Source of the DNA: Faecousia sp.
Lineage (GTDB): Bacteria; Bacillota; Clostridia; Oscillospirales; Oscillospiraceae
Assembly: GCA_045532105.1 (NCBI GenBank)
Contig: JAZSFE010000034.1
Span: 11,186-75,185, forward strand
Direction of reading: 5' to 3'
Length of the DNA stretch: 64,000 nucleotides
In this document: piece after piece, positions 40,088-49,520 of the stretch
Position numbering within the stretch: position 1 is the stretch's first letter
How the letters are laid out: every line of letters starts with the position of its first letter
The notes under the pieces: model-generated
Seen by the model: the letters and a program-made list of their open reading frames with translations, nothing else
Database searches by the model: none
Told to the model about the DNA's origin: nothing
Program-made: the position numbers and the translations under genes

Positions 40088-41140
40088 TTAGCGCAGAACG
40101 ATCTTTTCCTCACCCTTGACGATCTTGCCCATCACATAGGCAGTTTCGCCGTTGGCTTTCAAAATCTCCAAAGCAGTATCTACCTGATCGGCAGGCACTA
40201 CCACGCTCATACCAACACCCATATTGTAAGTATTGAACATATCCCGCTCGGGCACATTGCCGAACTTTGCGATGAGATCAAAAATGGGCAGCACCTGAAC
40301 GGCAGCCTTATCGATCTCGGCGCACAGGCCATCGGGAATAGAGCGGGGAATATTTTCATAGAAACCACCGCCGGTAATGTGGGAAACACCCTTAACATCC
40401 ACCTTTTCCAGCAAGGCAAGAATGGATTTTACATAAATACGGGTGGGCACCAACAGAGCCTCGGCAATGGTCTTGCCGCCCAATTCATCACGGGCGACAT
40501 AGAGCTGGGGATTGTTATTGTCAATATCAAAGGCCTTGCGGCACAGGGAGAAACCGTTGGAGTGGATACCGGTAGAAGCCAGAGCGATGACCACATCTCC
40601 CTCGGCCATACGGGTATTATCCAGCATTTTCTTCTTGTCCACGATTCCCACAGCAAAGCCCGCCAGATCGTAATCCTCCACGGGCATCAAGCCGGGATGC
40701 TCTGCAGTCTCGCCGCCAATCAGCGCAGCACCGGACTGGACACAACCTTCCGCCACACCGCTGACGATCTGGGCGATCTTCTCAGGCACATTCTTGCCGC
40801 AGGCAATATAGTCCAGGAAAAACAGGGGTTTTGCGCCGCAGCAGATAATATCGTTGACACACATGGCAACCGCGTCGATACCGATGGTATCATGCTTGTC
40901 CATCAAAATGGCCAGCTTCACCTTAGTGCCGCAGCCGTCTGTGCCGGAAACCAAAACAGGCTCTTCCATGCCGGCAAGATTCAGACCGAAGCAGCCGCCA
41001 AAGCCGCCTACATCGTCCAAGCAGCCCTCATTTTTTGTGCGGGCAATATGCTTTTTCATCAGCTCCACTGCCTTATAGCCGGCGGTAATATCCACACCGG
41101 CAGCGGCATAGCTGGCAGATTGAGAATTCTTATGATCCAT
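40088..41140 (-). CDS. purM: AIR synthetase
   Basis: YAAAGVDI, TDGCGTK, GGETAEHPG, HSNGFSL, HITGGG and YNMGVG. Confidence 0.97.
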   Translation of the reverse strand: MDHKNSQSASYAAAGVDITAGYKAVELMKKHIARTKNEGCLDDVGGFGGCFGLNLAGMEEPVLVSGTDGCGTKVKLAILMDKHDTIGIDAVAMCVNDIICCGAKPLFFLDYIACGKNVPEKIAQIVSGVAEGCVQSGAALIGGETAEHPGLMPVEDYDLAGFAVGIVDKKKMLDNTRMAEGDVVIALASTGIHSNGFSLCRKAFDIDNNNPQLYVARDELGGKTIAEALLVPTRIYVKSILALLEKVDVKGVSHITGGGFYENIPRSIPDGLCAEIDKAAVQVLPIFDLIAKFGNVPERDMFNTYNMGVGMSVVVPADQVDTALEILKANGETAYVMGKIVKGEEKIVLR

Positions 41141-41146
41141 TATCTG

Positions 41147-42571
41147 TTATTCCTTTCCGTTCCAACAGTAGGTGCAAAGCTTGCACGGCTCAATGCCGAT
41201 AGCCTTGACGACACCGTCCACTGTCTGGAATCCCAAAGATGCAAACTTAAATTTCTCACAAATGGTCTTGCGCATGGCCTTTCCGCGCTCGGTATCGCCG
41301 TCAGCATATTCTTCAATATGCTTCATGCCCTCCTCGCCCTCCAGCTCCATGATCACCCGGCGGGAGATCAGGTCCATATCGCTGGTGGAGCGGGAGAAAC
41401 TCAGGAACTTGCAGCCATACATGATAGGCGGGCAGGCAGAACGCATATGTACGCTCTTTGCGCCGTTTTCATACAAAAATTCCACTGTTTCCTGCAGCTG
41501 TGTGCCCCGGACGATGGAATCGTCCACAAACAGAAGATTCTTGTCCTTAATAAGCTCATGGACGGGGATCTGCTTCATTTTGGCGATCTTCTTCCGGTCA
41601 GACTGCTTCGCAGGGGTAAAGGACCGGGACCAGGTAGGGGTATACTTAATAAACGCCCGGGCAAAAGGTTTTCCTGTGCGGTTGGCATAACCGATGGCAT
41701 GGGGCGTACCGGAATCCGGGACACCGCCAACATAGTCAATGTCCATGCTGCGGCCCTGCTGCATATCCCGTTCGGCAATGGCCGCGCCGTTGCGGTAACG
41801 CATGGCCTCCACATTCACGCCCTCGTAGGTAGAAGTGGGATAGCCGTAATAGCTCCAAAGGAATGCGCACATTTTCATATCCTTTCCAGGGGCTGCCAGC
41901 TGTGTCATGCTGTCGGGCGTGAGCTCCACGATTTCGCCGGGACCCAGCTCGCAAACCTTTTCAAAACCCAGCTTGGTAAAGGCAAACTCCTCAAAGGAAG
42001 TGCAGTAACCGTTTTCGTCCTTGCCGATCTGCACAGGGATCCGACCCAGCCGGTCCCGGGCGGCAATAATGCTACCGGTCTCTGTAAGGATCAAAATATT
42101 AGCTGTACCGTCAATCGCGGACTGAGCGTACTGAATACCCTCCACAAAATCTTTCTTGTGGTTGATCAGCGCCGCCACCAACTCCGTAGAATTGACCTTG
42201 CCTCCGGTCATGGCGTCAAAATAACCGCCGTGATCGTGGGTGATCCGCCGAATCAGCTCCTGGGCGTTGTTGATAATGCCCACAGTAGAAATGGCATAAG
42301 TTCCAAGATGAGAGCGGATCAGCATAGGCTGAGGGTCAGAATCACTGATACAGCCAATAACAGAAGTGCCCTGCATCTCATCAAAAATATGCTCAAACTT
42401 TGTGCGGAACGGAGCGTTTTCAATGCCGTGGATCTTTCGCTGCAGACCGATCTCCTTGTCCCAGGCAGCCATACCACCCCGCCGGGTGCCCAAATGGGAA
42501 TGGTAATCCACGCCGAAGAACACATCCATCATACAATCGTACTTGGATGCAATTCCAAAAAATCCTCCCAT
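41147..42571 (-). CDS. purF: Amidophosphoribosyltransferase (variant lacking the N-terminal Cys)
   Basis: VPDSG, PRPP loop VDDSIVRGT, ACPP and C-terminal CTYCW; position within the pur operon. Confidence 0.9.
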   Translation of the reverse strand: MGGFFGIASKYDCMMDVFFGVDYHSHLGTRRGGMAAWDKEIGLQRKIHGIENAPFRTKFEHIFDEMQGTSVIGCISDSDPQPMLIRSHLGTYAISTVGIINNAQELIRRITHDHGGYFDAMTGGKVNSTELVAALINHKKDFVEGIQYAQSAIDGTANILILTETGSIIAARDRLGRIPVQIGKDENGYCTSFEEFAFTKLGFEKVCELGPGEIVELTPDSMTQLAAPGKDMKMCAFLWSYYGYPTSTYEGVNVEAMRYRNGAAIAERDMQQGRSMDIDYVGGVPDSGTPHAIGYANRTGKPFARAFIKYTPTWSRSFTPAKQSDRKKIAKMKQIPVHELIKDKNLLFVDDSIVRGTQLQETVEFLYENGAKSVHMRSACPPIMYGCKFLSFSRSTSDMDLISRRVIMELEGEEGMKHIEEYADGDTERGKAMRKTICEKFKFASLGFQTVDGVVKAIGIEPCKLCTYCWNGKE

Positions 42572-42593
42572 GGGATAAACTCCTTTGCCGAAA

Positions 42594-43283
42594 TTAAGCG
42601 AAGAACAGCTTGTTCAGGGTCATGGGGTCAATATACTGACCGTCCTTGTACACGCGCATATTGCCGGATGCGATCTCGTCAATGAGCATCACATTGCCCT
42701 GTGCATCATAGCCAAACTCAAACTTGATGTCGTACAGGTCCAAGCCCTTGGCCTTCAGATCGTCGGCAACGATCTTGGTGATCTTCTGGGTCATATCCTT
42801 CAGATCGTCATACTGCTGGGCAGTCATGACACCCAGATCCACCAGGCCGTCCTTCGTAACCAGGGGGTCACCCTTTTCGTCATTTTTGAAGGTGGTCTCC
42901 ACATAAGCGGGCAGATCCTGACCCTCGGTGCAGTAATCGCTGTACCGGCGGAAGAAAGAACCCACAGCCTTATAACGGCAGATCACTTCCAGACCCTTGC
43001 CAAACACCTTGGCAGCCTTAACTTCCATGGTGGTATTGGCAAGATCGGCAGAGACATAGTGGGTATTGATGCCGGCAGCGTTAATCTTCTCAAAGAAATA
43101 GATGGACATGCGCAGGTTCACATCGCCAACGCCCTCAATGGTCAGACCCACGGAGTTTTCACCGGGATCAAACACACCGTCCTTGCCGGTGCAATCGTCC
43201 TTAAACAGCAGCAGGCAGTTGCCGTTGGGCAGCGCATAAACATTCTTGGTCTTTCCGGTGTACAGCAGGTTCAGATCTTTCAT
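42594..43283 (-). CDS. purC: SAICAR synthase
   Basis: [26 protein letters not shown] and LIDEI. Confidence 0.93.
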   Translation of the reverse strand: MKDLNLLYTGKTKNVYALPNGNCLLLFKDDCTGKDGVFDPGENSVGLTIEGVGDVNLRMSIYFFEKINAAGINTHYVSADLANTTMEVKAAKVFGKGLEVICRYKAVGSFFRRYSDYCTEGQDLPAYVETTFKNDEKGDPLVTKDGLVDLGVMTAQQYDDLKDMTQKITKIVADDLKAKGLDLYDIKFEFGYDAQGNVMLIDEIASGNMRVYKDGQYIDPMTLNKLFFA

Positions 43284-43334
43284 AAATAATACCTCTTTCT
43301 TAAAACAAATGTGGATTTGTAGATTTACGGTGTT

Positions 43335-43817
43335 TTACTGCAAGGCAGCATCCTTTGCCAAAACCTTTTCGGCATCGGCGCTGCGCTTTTCATCCAGCTT
43401 GGCAGCAAGGGCCTCATCGGTGACCGCCAGGATCTGAATAGCAAGCAAAGCGGCATTGACAGCCCCATCCACAGCTACAGTTGCCACAGGAATCCCGGAG
43501 GGCATCTGTACAGTAGATAAAAGGGCATCAATGCCGTTTTGGAAAGTAGACGATTTCATAGGAATACCGATCACAGGCAAGGTGGTATTAGCGGCCAATG
43601 CACCTGCAAGGTGTGCAGCCATACCCGCCGCGGCGATGATCACGCCGAAGCCATTATTGCGGGCATTTACAGAGAAATCCCGGGCCTGAACAGGGGTGCG
43701 ATGAGCAGAATAAACGTGCATTTCGTAGGGAACGCCAAAGGCCTTCAGCGTATCGGCAGCTTTTTGCACTACGGGCAGATCACTGTCACTTCCCATGATA
43801 ATAGCAACCTTTTTCAT
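43335..43817 (-). CDS. purE: N5-CAIR mutase / AIR carboxylase
   Basis: IMGSDSD, SAHRTP, AGMAAHL, PVIGIP and [11 protein letters not shown]. Confidence 0.97.
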   Translation of the reverse strand: MKKVAIIMGSDSDLPVVQKAADTLKAFGVPYEMHVYSAHRTPVQARDFSVNARNNGFGVIIAAAGMAAHLAGALAANTTLPVIGIPMKSSTFQNGIDALLSTVQMPSGIPVATVAVDGAVNAALLAIQILAVTDEALAAKLDEKRSADAEKVLAKDAALQ

Positions 43818-43828
43818 AAGCATCCTCC

Positions 43829-43945
43829 AAAAAACAGAAATAGGCGCACCCTGCCCCAGCCGGAACAAAGTGTGCCCAGACGGTCGGCATGCGCATGTCC
43901 CCTACTCCCATGTGGTGCTCCACGATTCCGTCAGTTATAGGGGTT
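43829..43945 (-). ncRNA. ZMP/ZTP (pfl) riboswitch with overlapping terminator
   Basis: Minus strand ...TAACTGACGGAATCGTGGAGCACCACATGGGAGTAGGGG...GCCGACCGTCTGGGCA, then a competing hairpin GGGCACACTTTGTTCC/GGGGCAGGGTGCGCCT and TTTCTGTTTTTT; upstream of purE. Confidence 0.9.
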
Positions 43946-43962
43946 GCTGAAATTACGTTTTT

Positions 43963-43991
43963 ATTATAACGAAAAAAAGCGGATTAGTCAA
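43963..43991 (-). promoter_or_regulatory. Promoter of the pur operon
   Basis: TTGACT-17 bp-TATAAT. Confidence 0.75.
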
Positions 43992-44060
43992 TTCATAGAA
44001 AAGACAGAATCCGCTATTTTTCAGAGGTTTTACCTGTATATCTTGCCAAAAAATCACAGC

Positions 44061-44813
44061 TTAATCAAAGGCCAAACCGAAATAATCCGGTCTTACCGCC
44101 GGGCGCAGCGGATACACCATGGCAAAGGGGGTTTCTCCCGGAACACGAAAGCTTCCCCGGATCATGCCCAAGGCCGCCAAAATACCTGCGGCAGCATCCC
44201 TGTTGCCCAGCAGCTCCACCCCATTTAGGGTATCGCCATCTGCATATGCGGCAAGCAGAAAATCATCACCTTGGTAAAACTTCGCCATATCAGACAGGAA
44301 CACCAAACCGGTCCCCTCCTGTACAACACCCTTCGGGCCAAGATATGCCCGCCTCGCAGTGGCATAGGCATCACTGCTCAACCGCTCCAGCTTTACCGAG
44401 GTCTTTCCTGCCTCACAGGAGAAACTCTCCATGCCGGAAAGGGGCAAATACCCCATTTTGGCATACATTTTCCGAAGTCCGTCATCTGCCGGCACCAAGA
44501 TCGCACCGGCAAAGCCCTCCTCTGCCAAAAGCTTATGCACATTCTGCATCAGCTCCCGGCAAAGACCTTGCCCCTGAAATTCCTTTGCCGTGGCCACTGC
44601 GTACAAATACGCATACCGATCTTCACCAACATAGCAGTAAAACCAGTAAAGCGCCGCCGCCACCTTTCCGTCCAATGTAACACACCGACAGCACCAGGGA
44701 GAATATGCGGTTTTAAAAAAATGGTCTATAAAGGCATCCGTATCCCCAAAGGCCTCCTGCCAAAGCTTGCGTAGACCGGGGATCTGGCTTTCCTGGGGAT
44801 AATCAATTTGCAT
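44061..44813 (-). CDS. GNAT family N-acetyltransferase
   Basis: LWQEAFGD, YLYAVAT..EFQGQGL and YAKMGY; start overlaps the end of the DUF2156 gene. Confidence 0.85.
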   Translation of the reverse strand: MQIDYPQESQIPGLRKLWQEAFGDTDAFIDHFFKTAYSPWCCRCVTLDGKVAAALYWFYCYVGEDRYAYLYAVATAKEFQGQGLCRELMQNVHKLLAEEGFAGAILVPADDGLRKMYAKMGYLPLSGMESFSCEAGKTSVKLERLSSDAYATARRAYLGPKGVVQEGTGLVFLSDMAKFYQGDDFLLAAYADGDTLNGVELLGNRDAAAGILAALGMIRGSFRVPGETPFAMVYPLRPAVRPDYFGLAFD

Positions 44814-45714
44814 CCTCGTCCTCCCACAAACGCGCCCAATACTTTTCCACCAAATGGTCGGGGTGATAGGATAGCTTTGCCTGGCGCAAGCCGGGAATGC
44901 CCATATCATCCTCCCGATTCAAAAACAAGAGGGACGGATATTTTTTCTGCAAATGTTCTGCAAACGCTCTGTTGATGGCGGCATAAGCGCCATCCACTCC
45001 GTCCAAAGCCTTTTCAAAATGAACATCAAAGGTATCCTGGGATAGCTGGCTTCCCATACACATAGCCAGTACCCGATCCTGCTCCGAAAGCACCAGGCCC
45101 TCCATACCTAGCTCCTGCTGATGCCGGAACGCCCGTTGAATGGCCTGCTTTTCCAAATAAAAATCCCCGAGCGGGTCTACTTTCGCCCGCTGAGAAAACC
45201 AAATTTCCAGCATCTGCTGTGCCGCCTGCCGGGTGTTTTCATCCAAAGGCAACACCTGAGCATCCGGATGATTGATCCAAAAACGGTTGGCAAAATTCCG
45301 CTTGCTCTGATAACGCTTTCCCTTCAGCTCCGCCAGATCGGAAATGCGGTACACATAGTCCGCCCCGTCCCGATCGCTGTGAAAACGAAACTGTCCGGGA
45401 TATAGCTCTTCCAACGCCTTGCATTCCTTTTCTCCCATGGCAGTGATGCGAAACAGCAGTCCCCGCTCCCGGGCATCTGCGATGAGTGCATCCAGCACCG
45501 GCTTCAGCGGCCCATGCCCCACAGGAAACGGGTAGATGCTCACCCGGTCAAACTGAGAAAACAGCACCAAATAATCCTCCACAAATGCCGCTTTCTGCCT
45601 GCCCCAAATAGCCAGGTTCGCAAAAGCGTACTCGCAGCTGCGAGCACCGCAATCCTGCAAGTGCTGACGGATCATTTGGCCGTCATTCGGCGTGATTCTT
45701 TCAAAATCGATCAT
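44803..45714 (-). CDS. Stand-alone DUF2156 (aminoacyl-tRNA transferase-like) protein
   Basis: DYVY...L..LKGKRYQSKRN, HFEKA, GAYAAIN and NREDDMGIPGLRQAKLSYHP. Confidence 0.85.
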   Translation of the reverse strand: MIDFERITPNDGQMIRQHLQDCGARSCEYAFANLAIWGRQKAAFVEDYLVLFSQFDRVSIYPFPVGHGPLKPVLDALIADARERGLLFRITAMGEKECKALEELYPGQFRFHSDRDGADYVYRISDLAELKGKRYQSKRNFANRFWINHPDAQVLPLDENTRQAAQQMLEIWFSQRAKVDPLGDFYLEKQAIQRAFRHQQELGMEGLVLSEQDRVLAMCMGSQLSQDTFDVHFEKALDGVDGAYAAINRAFAEHLQKKYPSLLFLNREDDMGIPGLRQAKLSYHPDHLVEKYWARLWEDEDAN

Positions 45715-45794
45715 TTTTTCACATCCTCTGTGCCCAGTATACCATATTCGTAACGCATTGCAATCAGAAATATTATGGACGCTTTTTGCAAAAA

Positions 45795-45824
45795 TTAAAA
45801 GCCTGCCAAACAGCAGGCTTTTAA
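45795..45824 (-). terminator. Terminator after pckA
   Basis: TTAAAAGCCTGC-CAAACA-GCAGGCTTTTAA. Confidence 0.75.
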
Positions 45825-45837
45825 TATTAATGTTTGC

Positions 45838-47439
45838 TTACAGCTTGGGGCCAGCCTCAACCAGAGCCTTGCCCTCGTCATTGCCGGTGTACTTCTCAAA
45901 GTTCTTGATGAAGCGAGCGGACAGATCCTTAGCCTTCTCTTCCCAAACAGAAGGATCAGCATAAGTGTTTCTGGGATCCAGAATGTTGGTATCCACACCG
46001 GGCAGAGCGGTGGGAACTTCGAAATCGAAGTAGGGGATCTTCTTGGTGTCGGCCTTCAGAATAGAGCCGTCCAGGATGGCGTCAATAATGCCACGGGTAT
46101 CCTTAATGGAGATACGCTTGCCGGTGCCGTTCCAGCCGGTGTTGACCAGGTAAGCCTTAGCGCCGGACTTCTCCATCTTCTTGACCAGCTCTTCACCGTA
46201 CTTGGTGGGATGCAGCTCCAGGAAGGCAGCACCGAAGCAAGCAGAGAAGGTGGGAGTGGGCTCAGTAATGCCACGCTCAGTGCCGGCCAGCTTGGAAGTG
46301 AAGCCGGAGAGGAAGTAGTACTGAGTCTGCTCGGGGGTCAGGATGGAAACGGGAGGCAGAACGCCGAAAGCGTCAGCAGACAGGAAGATGACGTTCTGAG
46401 CGTCAGGACCTGCGGACACGGGGCGAACGATCTTCTCAATGTGGTTGATGGGGTAGGAAACACGGGTGTTCTCAGTGACGGAGCCGTCAGCGAAGTCACA
46501 CTTGCCGTTCTCGTCTACGGTCACGTTCTCCAGCAGAGCATTGCGCTTAATGGCGTTGTAGATGTCGGGCTCGGAGTCCTTATCCAGGTTGATGACCTTA
46601 GCGTAGCAGCCGCCCTCAAAGTTGAACACGCCGTTGTCGTCCCAGCCGTGCTCGTCGTCACCGATGAGCAAACGCTTGGGATCAGTGGACAGGGTGGTCT
46701 TGCCGGTGCCGGACAGGCCGAAGAACAGAGCAGTGTTCTTGCCCTCCATATCGGTGTTGGCGGAGCAGTGCATGGGAGCCATGCCGTTCAGGGGCCGGTA
46801 GTAGTTCATCATGGAGAACATACCCTTCTTCATCTCACCGGCGTACCAGGTGGTCAGAATAACCTGCTCACGGGGGGTCAGGTTGAACAGAACTGCAGTC
46901 TCAGAATTCAGACCCAGCTCCTTGTAGTTCTCAACCTTAGCCTTGGAAGCGTTGTAAACAACGAAATCGGGCTCAAAGTTAGCCAGTTCTTCTTCGGAGG
47001 GAGTGATGAACATGTTCTTTACAAAGTGAGCCTGCCATGCCACTTCCATAACAAAGCGGACAGCCATGCGGGAGTCGGGGTTGGTGCCGCAGAACAGGTC
47101 CATGACGTACAGCTTCTTGCCGGACAGCTCCTTCTGAGCCAGTTCCTTGCAAGCCTTCCATGCTTCGACGGAAGCGGGCTTGTTGTCGTTAGCGAACTCC
47201 TTGGAGGTCCACCACACGGTGTCCTTGGAGGTGTCGTCCATAACGATGAACTTATCCTTAGGAGAACGGCCGGTGTAGATACCGGTCATCACGTTAACAG
47301 CGCCCAGCTCGGTCAGCTGGCCCTTTTCATAGCCTTCCAGGGAAGGATCCATCTCTGCTTCAAACAGCTCTTCATAGGAAGGGTTGTGCACGATCTCGGT
47401 CACGCCGGTGATACCGTACTTGGTCAAATCCAGTGCCAT
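45838..47439 (-). CDS. pckA: Phosphoenolpyruvate carboxykinase (ATP)
   Basis: [44 protein letters not shown] and TENTR; strong high-expression codon bias. Confidence 0.98.
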   Translation of the reverse strand: MALDLTKYGITGVTEIVHNPSYEELFEAEMDPSLEGYEKGQLTELGAVNVMTGIYTGRSPKDKFIVMDDTSKDTVWWTSKEFANDNKPASVEAWKACKELAQKELSGKKLYVMDLFCGTNPDSRMAVRFVMEVAWQAHFVKNMFITPSEEELANFEPDFVVYNASKAKVENYKELGLNSETAVLFNLTPREQVILTTWYAGEMKKGMFSMMNYYRPLNGMAPMHCSANTDMEGKNTALFFGLSGTGKTTLSTDPKRLLIGDDEHGWDDNGVFNFEGGCYAKVINLDKDSEPDIYNAIKRNALLENVTVDENGKCDFADGSVTENTRVSYPINHIEKIVRPVSAGPDAQNVIFLSADAFGVLPPVSILTPEQTQYYFLSGFTSKLAGTERGITEPTPTFSACFGAAFLELHPTKYGEELVKKMEKSGAKAYLVNTGWNGTGKRISIKDTRGIIDAILDGSILKADTKKIPYFDFEVPTALPGVDTNILDPRNTYADPSVWEEKAKDLSARFIKNFEKYTGNDEGKALVEAGPKL

Positions 47440-47516
47440 AAATTAAGTACCTCTTTCATTTAATTTCATGAGCTCCCTGCTGTTTGAACAGCAAGCGCCC
47501 CATATTTTGCAATGTT

Positions 47517-47545
47517 ATCATACACGATACAGAAAGAAAAATCAA
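47517..47545 (-). promoter_or_regulatory. Promoter of pckA
   Basis: TTGATT-17 bp-TATGAT. Confidence 0.6.
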
Positions 47546-47637
47546 TACAAAATCGATTTTTTCTTTCTTCCTCTTTGAATCAAATAATTTTTTTGTTTTC
47601 TGTCGCAGAGAAAATATTTTATTCCGTCAAAACACTG

Positions 47638-47666
47638 TTTACATTTGACCTTTTATATGCTATGAT
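47638..47666 (+). promoter_or_regulatory. Promoter of the decarboxylase cluster
   Basis: TTTACA-17 bp-TATGAT with an extended -10 TG. Confidence 0.55.
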
Positions 47667-47667
47667 G

Positions 47668-47780
47668 TATGTGGTGGGATTTGGGAGTTTCCCGGCCCAT
47701 CCTATGTTAATACAGTTGTGCTCCGTAACATTCCAGGCGTCTTGAACATTCCGCAGCGGAGAACATTCTTTGACTTTTTT
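47668..47780 (+). ncRNA. Candidate cis-regulatory RNA (possibly a Na+ riboswitch, DUF1646-like)
   Basis: Hairpin GTGGG..TGGGA-GTT-TCCCG..CCCAT, then GTTAATACAGTTGTGC; TGTGCTCCG can pair with downstream CGGAGAACA before a T-rich run. Confidence 0.4.
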
Positions 47781-47796
47781 GGAAGGAGAATGGTTT

Positions 47797-48114
47797 ATGT
47801 TGCGTTTTCTGCATGCCGTTCAGGATGTTCCTGCTGACGGCGACCCCATCGCCCTGACCATCGTTATGGCGGCGCTCCTGGCCTTTTCGCTATGGGCCAT
47901 AAGAAACAAGAAAAAGAAAAAGGCCAAAGCCTCTGCGCCTGCAAACGCTTTGCCTGAAACACCAAAGACTGCCGCTCCCGGAACTGCCGGTTCCGTGAAG
48001 ACATATGATGTACCTCCCAAAACCTGCGCCATACTTATGGCCATCGTCGCAGACAAACTTGGCAAACCTCTGAACGAGCTGCGTTTTATTTCCATTAAGG
48101 AGGTCGAGGAATGA
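47797..48114 (+). CDS. OadG-family (gamma/delta) decarboxylase subunit, copy 1
   Basis: One TM helix, Lys-rich and Ala/Pro-rich linker, tail [22 protein letters not shown] shared with 50916..51281. Confidence 0.75.
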   Translation: MLRFLHAVQDVPADGDPIALTIVMAALLAFSLWAIRNKKKKKAKASAPANALPETPKTAAPGTAGSVKTYDVPPKTCAILMAIVADKLGKPLNELRFISIKEVEE

Positions 48115-48206
48115 CTGTTTTTCAGTTCACTCCCGACGACATCCTTGCATCCCCCTCCGCGCAGGCGATCATCTATCGTCTCGCTGAACCACAGGAGGGT
48201 GCATAA
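48111..48206 (+). CDS. 31-aa translationally coupled small ORF
   Basis: MTVFQFTPDDILASPSAQAIIYRLAEPQEGA; ATGA overlap upstream, TAATG overlap downstream, AAGGAGG RBS. Confidence 0.55.
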   Translation: MTVFQFTPDDILASPSAQAIIYRLAEPQEGA

Positions 48207-49315
48207 TGGATATTTTATATGAGAACCTGTTGCGGTTTGATTGGCCCCATGTGGTCATGATCCTGATCGGCTGTCTGCTGATCTATGTGGCCATCGTCAA
48301 GAAAATGGAACCTTCCCTGCTGCTGCCCATGGGCTTTGGCACAATTTTGGTCAACATTCCCCTTTCCGACGCTCTGGCCGGCCCCATCAACACTCTGTAC
48401 CACGCAGGCATCGGCAACGAACTTTTCCCCCTGCTGCTGTTTATCGGCATTGGTGCAATGATCGACTTTGGCCCTCTGCTGACCAACCCCAAGCTGATGC
48501 TCTTCGGCGCTGCCGCCCAGTTCGGCATCTTCTTCACCCTTTGCATGGCAAGCATGTTCTTCCCCGATTTGCGGGATGCCGCCTCTATCGCCATTATCGG
48601 CGCTGCTGACGGGCCTACCTCCATTGCCGTTGCCAACACCTTGGGTTCAAATTACAAAGGTGCGATTACTGTAGCTGCCTATTCCTATATGGCGCTGGTT
48701 CCTCTGATCCAGCCGCCGGTGATCAAAGCCATGACCACCAAAAAAGAACGCAGGATCCGCATGCCTTACGAACAAAAGTCTGTAAGCAAGCGCACCCGGA
48801 TCTTCTTCCCCATCATGATTACCATCGTAGCTTCCGCCATGATTCCCCAGGCAACCGCCCTCATCGGATTTTTGATGTTCGGCAATTTGATCCGGGAATG
48901 TGGTGTGCTTAACTCGCTTTCCGACACCGCGCAAAACGTACTGGCAAACCTGATCACTATTTTCCTGGGCCTTTCCGTGGCATTTAACATGACCGCGGAG
49001 CAGTTCCTGAAATGGGATACCTTGATCATCATGGGCCTGGGTCTGATCGCGTTTATTGTAGATACCGCCGGCGGTGTGCTGTTTGCGAAATTTCTAAATC
49101 TGTTCTCCAAGAACAAAATAAACCCCATGATCGGTGCGGCTGGCATTTCCGCTTTCCCCATGTCCGGCCGAATCGTACACAAAATGGCTCTGACCGAAGA
49201 TCCCCAGAACCATTTGCTGATGCACTCTATCGGTGTTAATGTTTCCGGACAGATCGCCTCGGTTATCGCAGGCGGAATTATCCTTAACATTTTCTCTTAC
49301 TTGATCGGAGGCTGA
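48206..49315 (+). CDS. oadB: Na+-translocating decarboxylase beta subunit, copy 1
   Basis: EPSLLLPMGFG, GIGAMIDFGP, GAAAQFGIF, IGAADGPT, AAYSYMALVP and NPMIGAAGISAFPMSGR. Confidence 0.92.
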   Translation: MDILYENLLRFDWPHVVMILIGCLLIYVAIVKKMEPSLLLPMGFGTILVNIPLSDALAGPINTLYHAGIGNELFPLLLFIGIGAMIDFGPLLTNPKLMLFGAAAQFGIFFTLCMASMFFPDLRDAASIAIIGAADGPTSIAVANTLGSNYKGAITVAAYSYMALVPLIQPPVIKAMTTKKERRIRMPYEQKSVSKRTRIFFPIMITIVASAMIPQATALIGFLMFGNLIRECGVLNSLSDTAQNVLANLITIFLGLSVAFNMTAEQFLKWDTLIIMGLGLIAFIVDTAGGVLFAKFLNLFSKNKINPMIGAAGISAFPMSGRIVHKMALTEDPQNHLLMHSIGVNVSGQIASVIAGGIILNIFSYLIGG

Positions 49316-49319
49316 TGCT

Positions 49320-49496
49320 ATGGATATGGAAAATGTTTTAACAGTCGCGGAAGAGACCGCAGCGCAGATTTCCTTTCAGCCTCTCAATTTTGTGGAGAAC
49401 CTGAAATATATGGGCACCGGCATGCTGGTAATTTTCGCTGTTGTGGGCATTATCACACTGACCACGGTTGTGATCAACAGATTTTTTACAGAGTAA
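49320..49496 (+). CDS. Small single-TM OadG-related subunit (58 aa)
   Basis: MDMENVLTVAEETAAQISFQPLNFVENLKYMGTGMLVIFAVVGIITLTTVVINRFFTE; GGAGG RBS; MGxGMxxIF segment resembles the OadG TM helix. Confidence 0.7.
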   Translation: MDMENVLTVAEETAAQISFQPLNFVENLKYMGTGMLVIFAVVGIITLTTVVINRFFTE

Positions 49497-49520
49497 TTAT
49501 TTAAAAAGGAGATATATACT

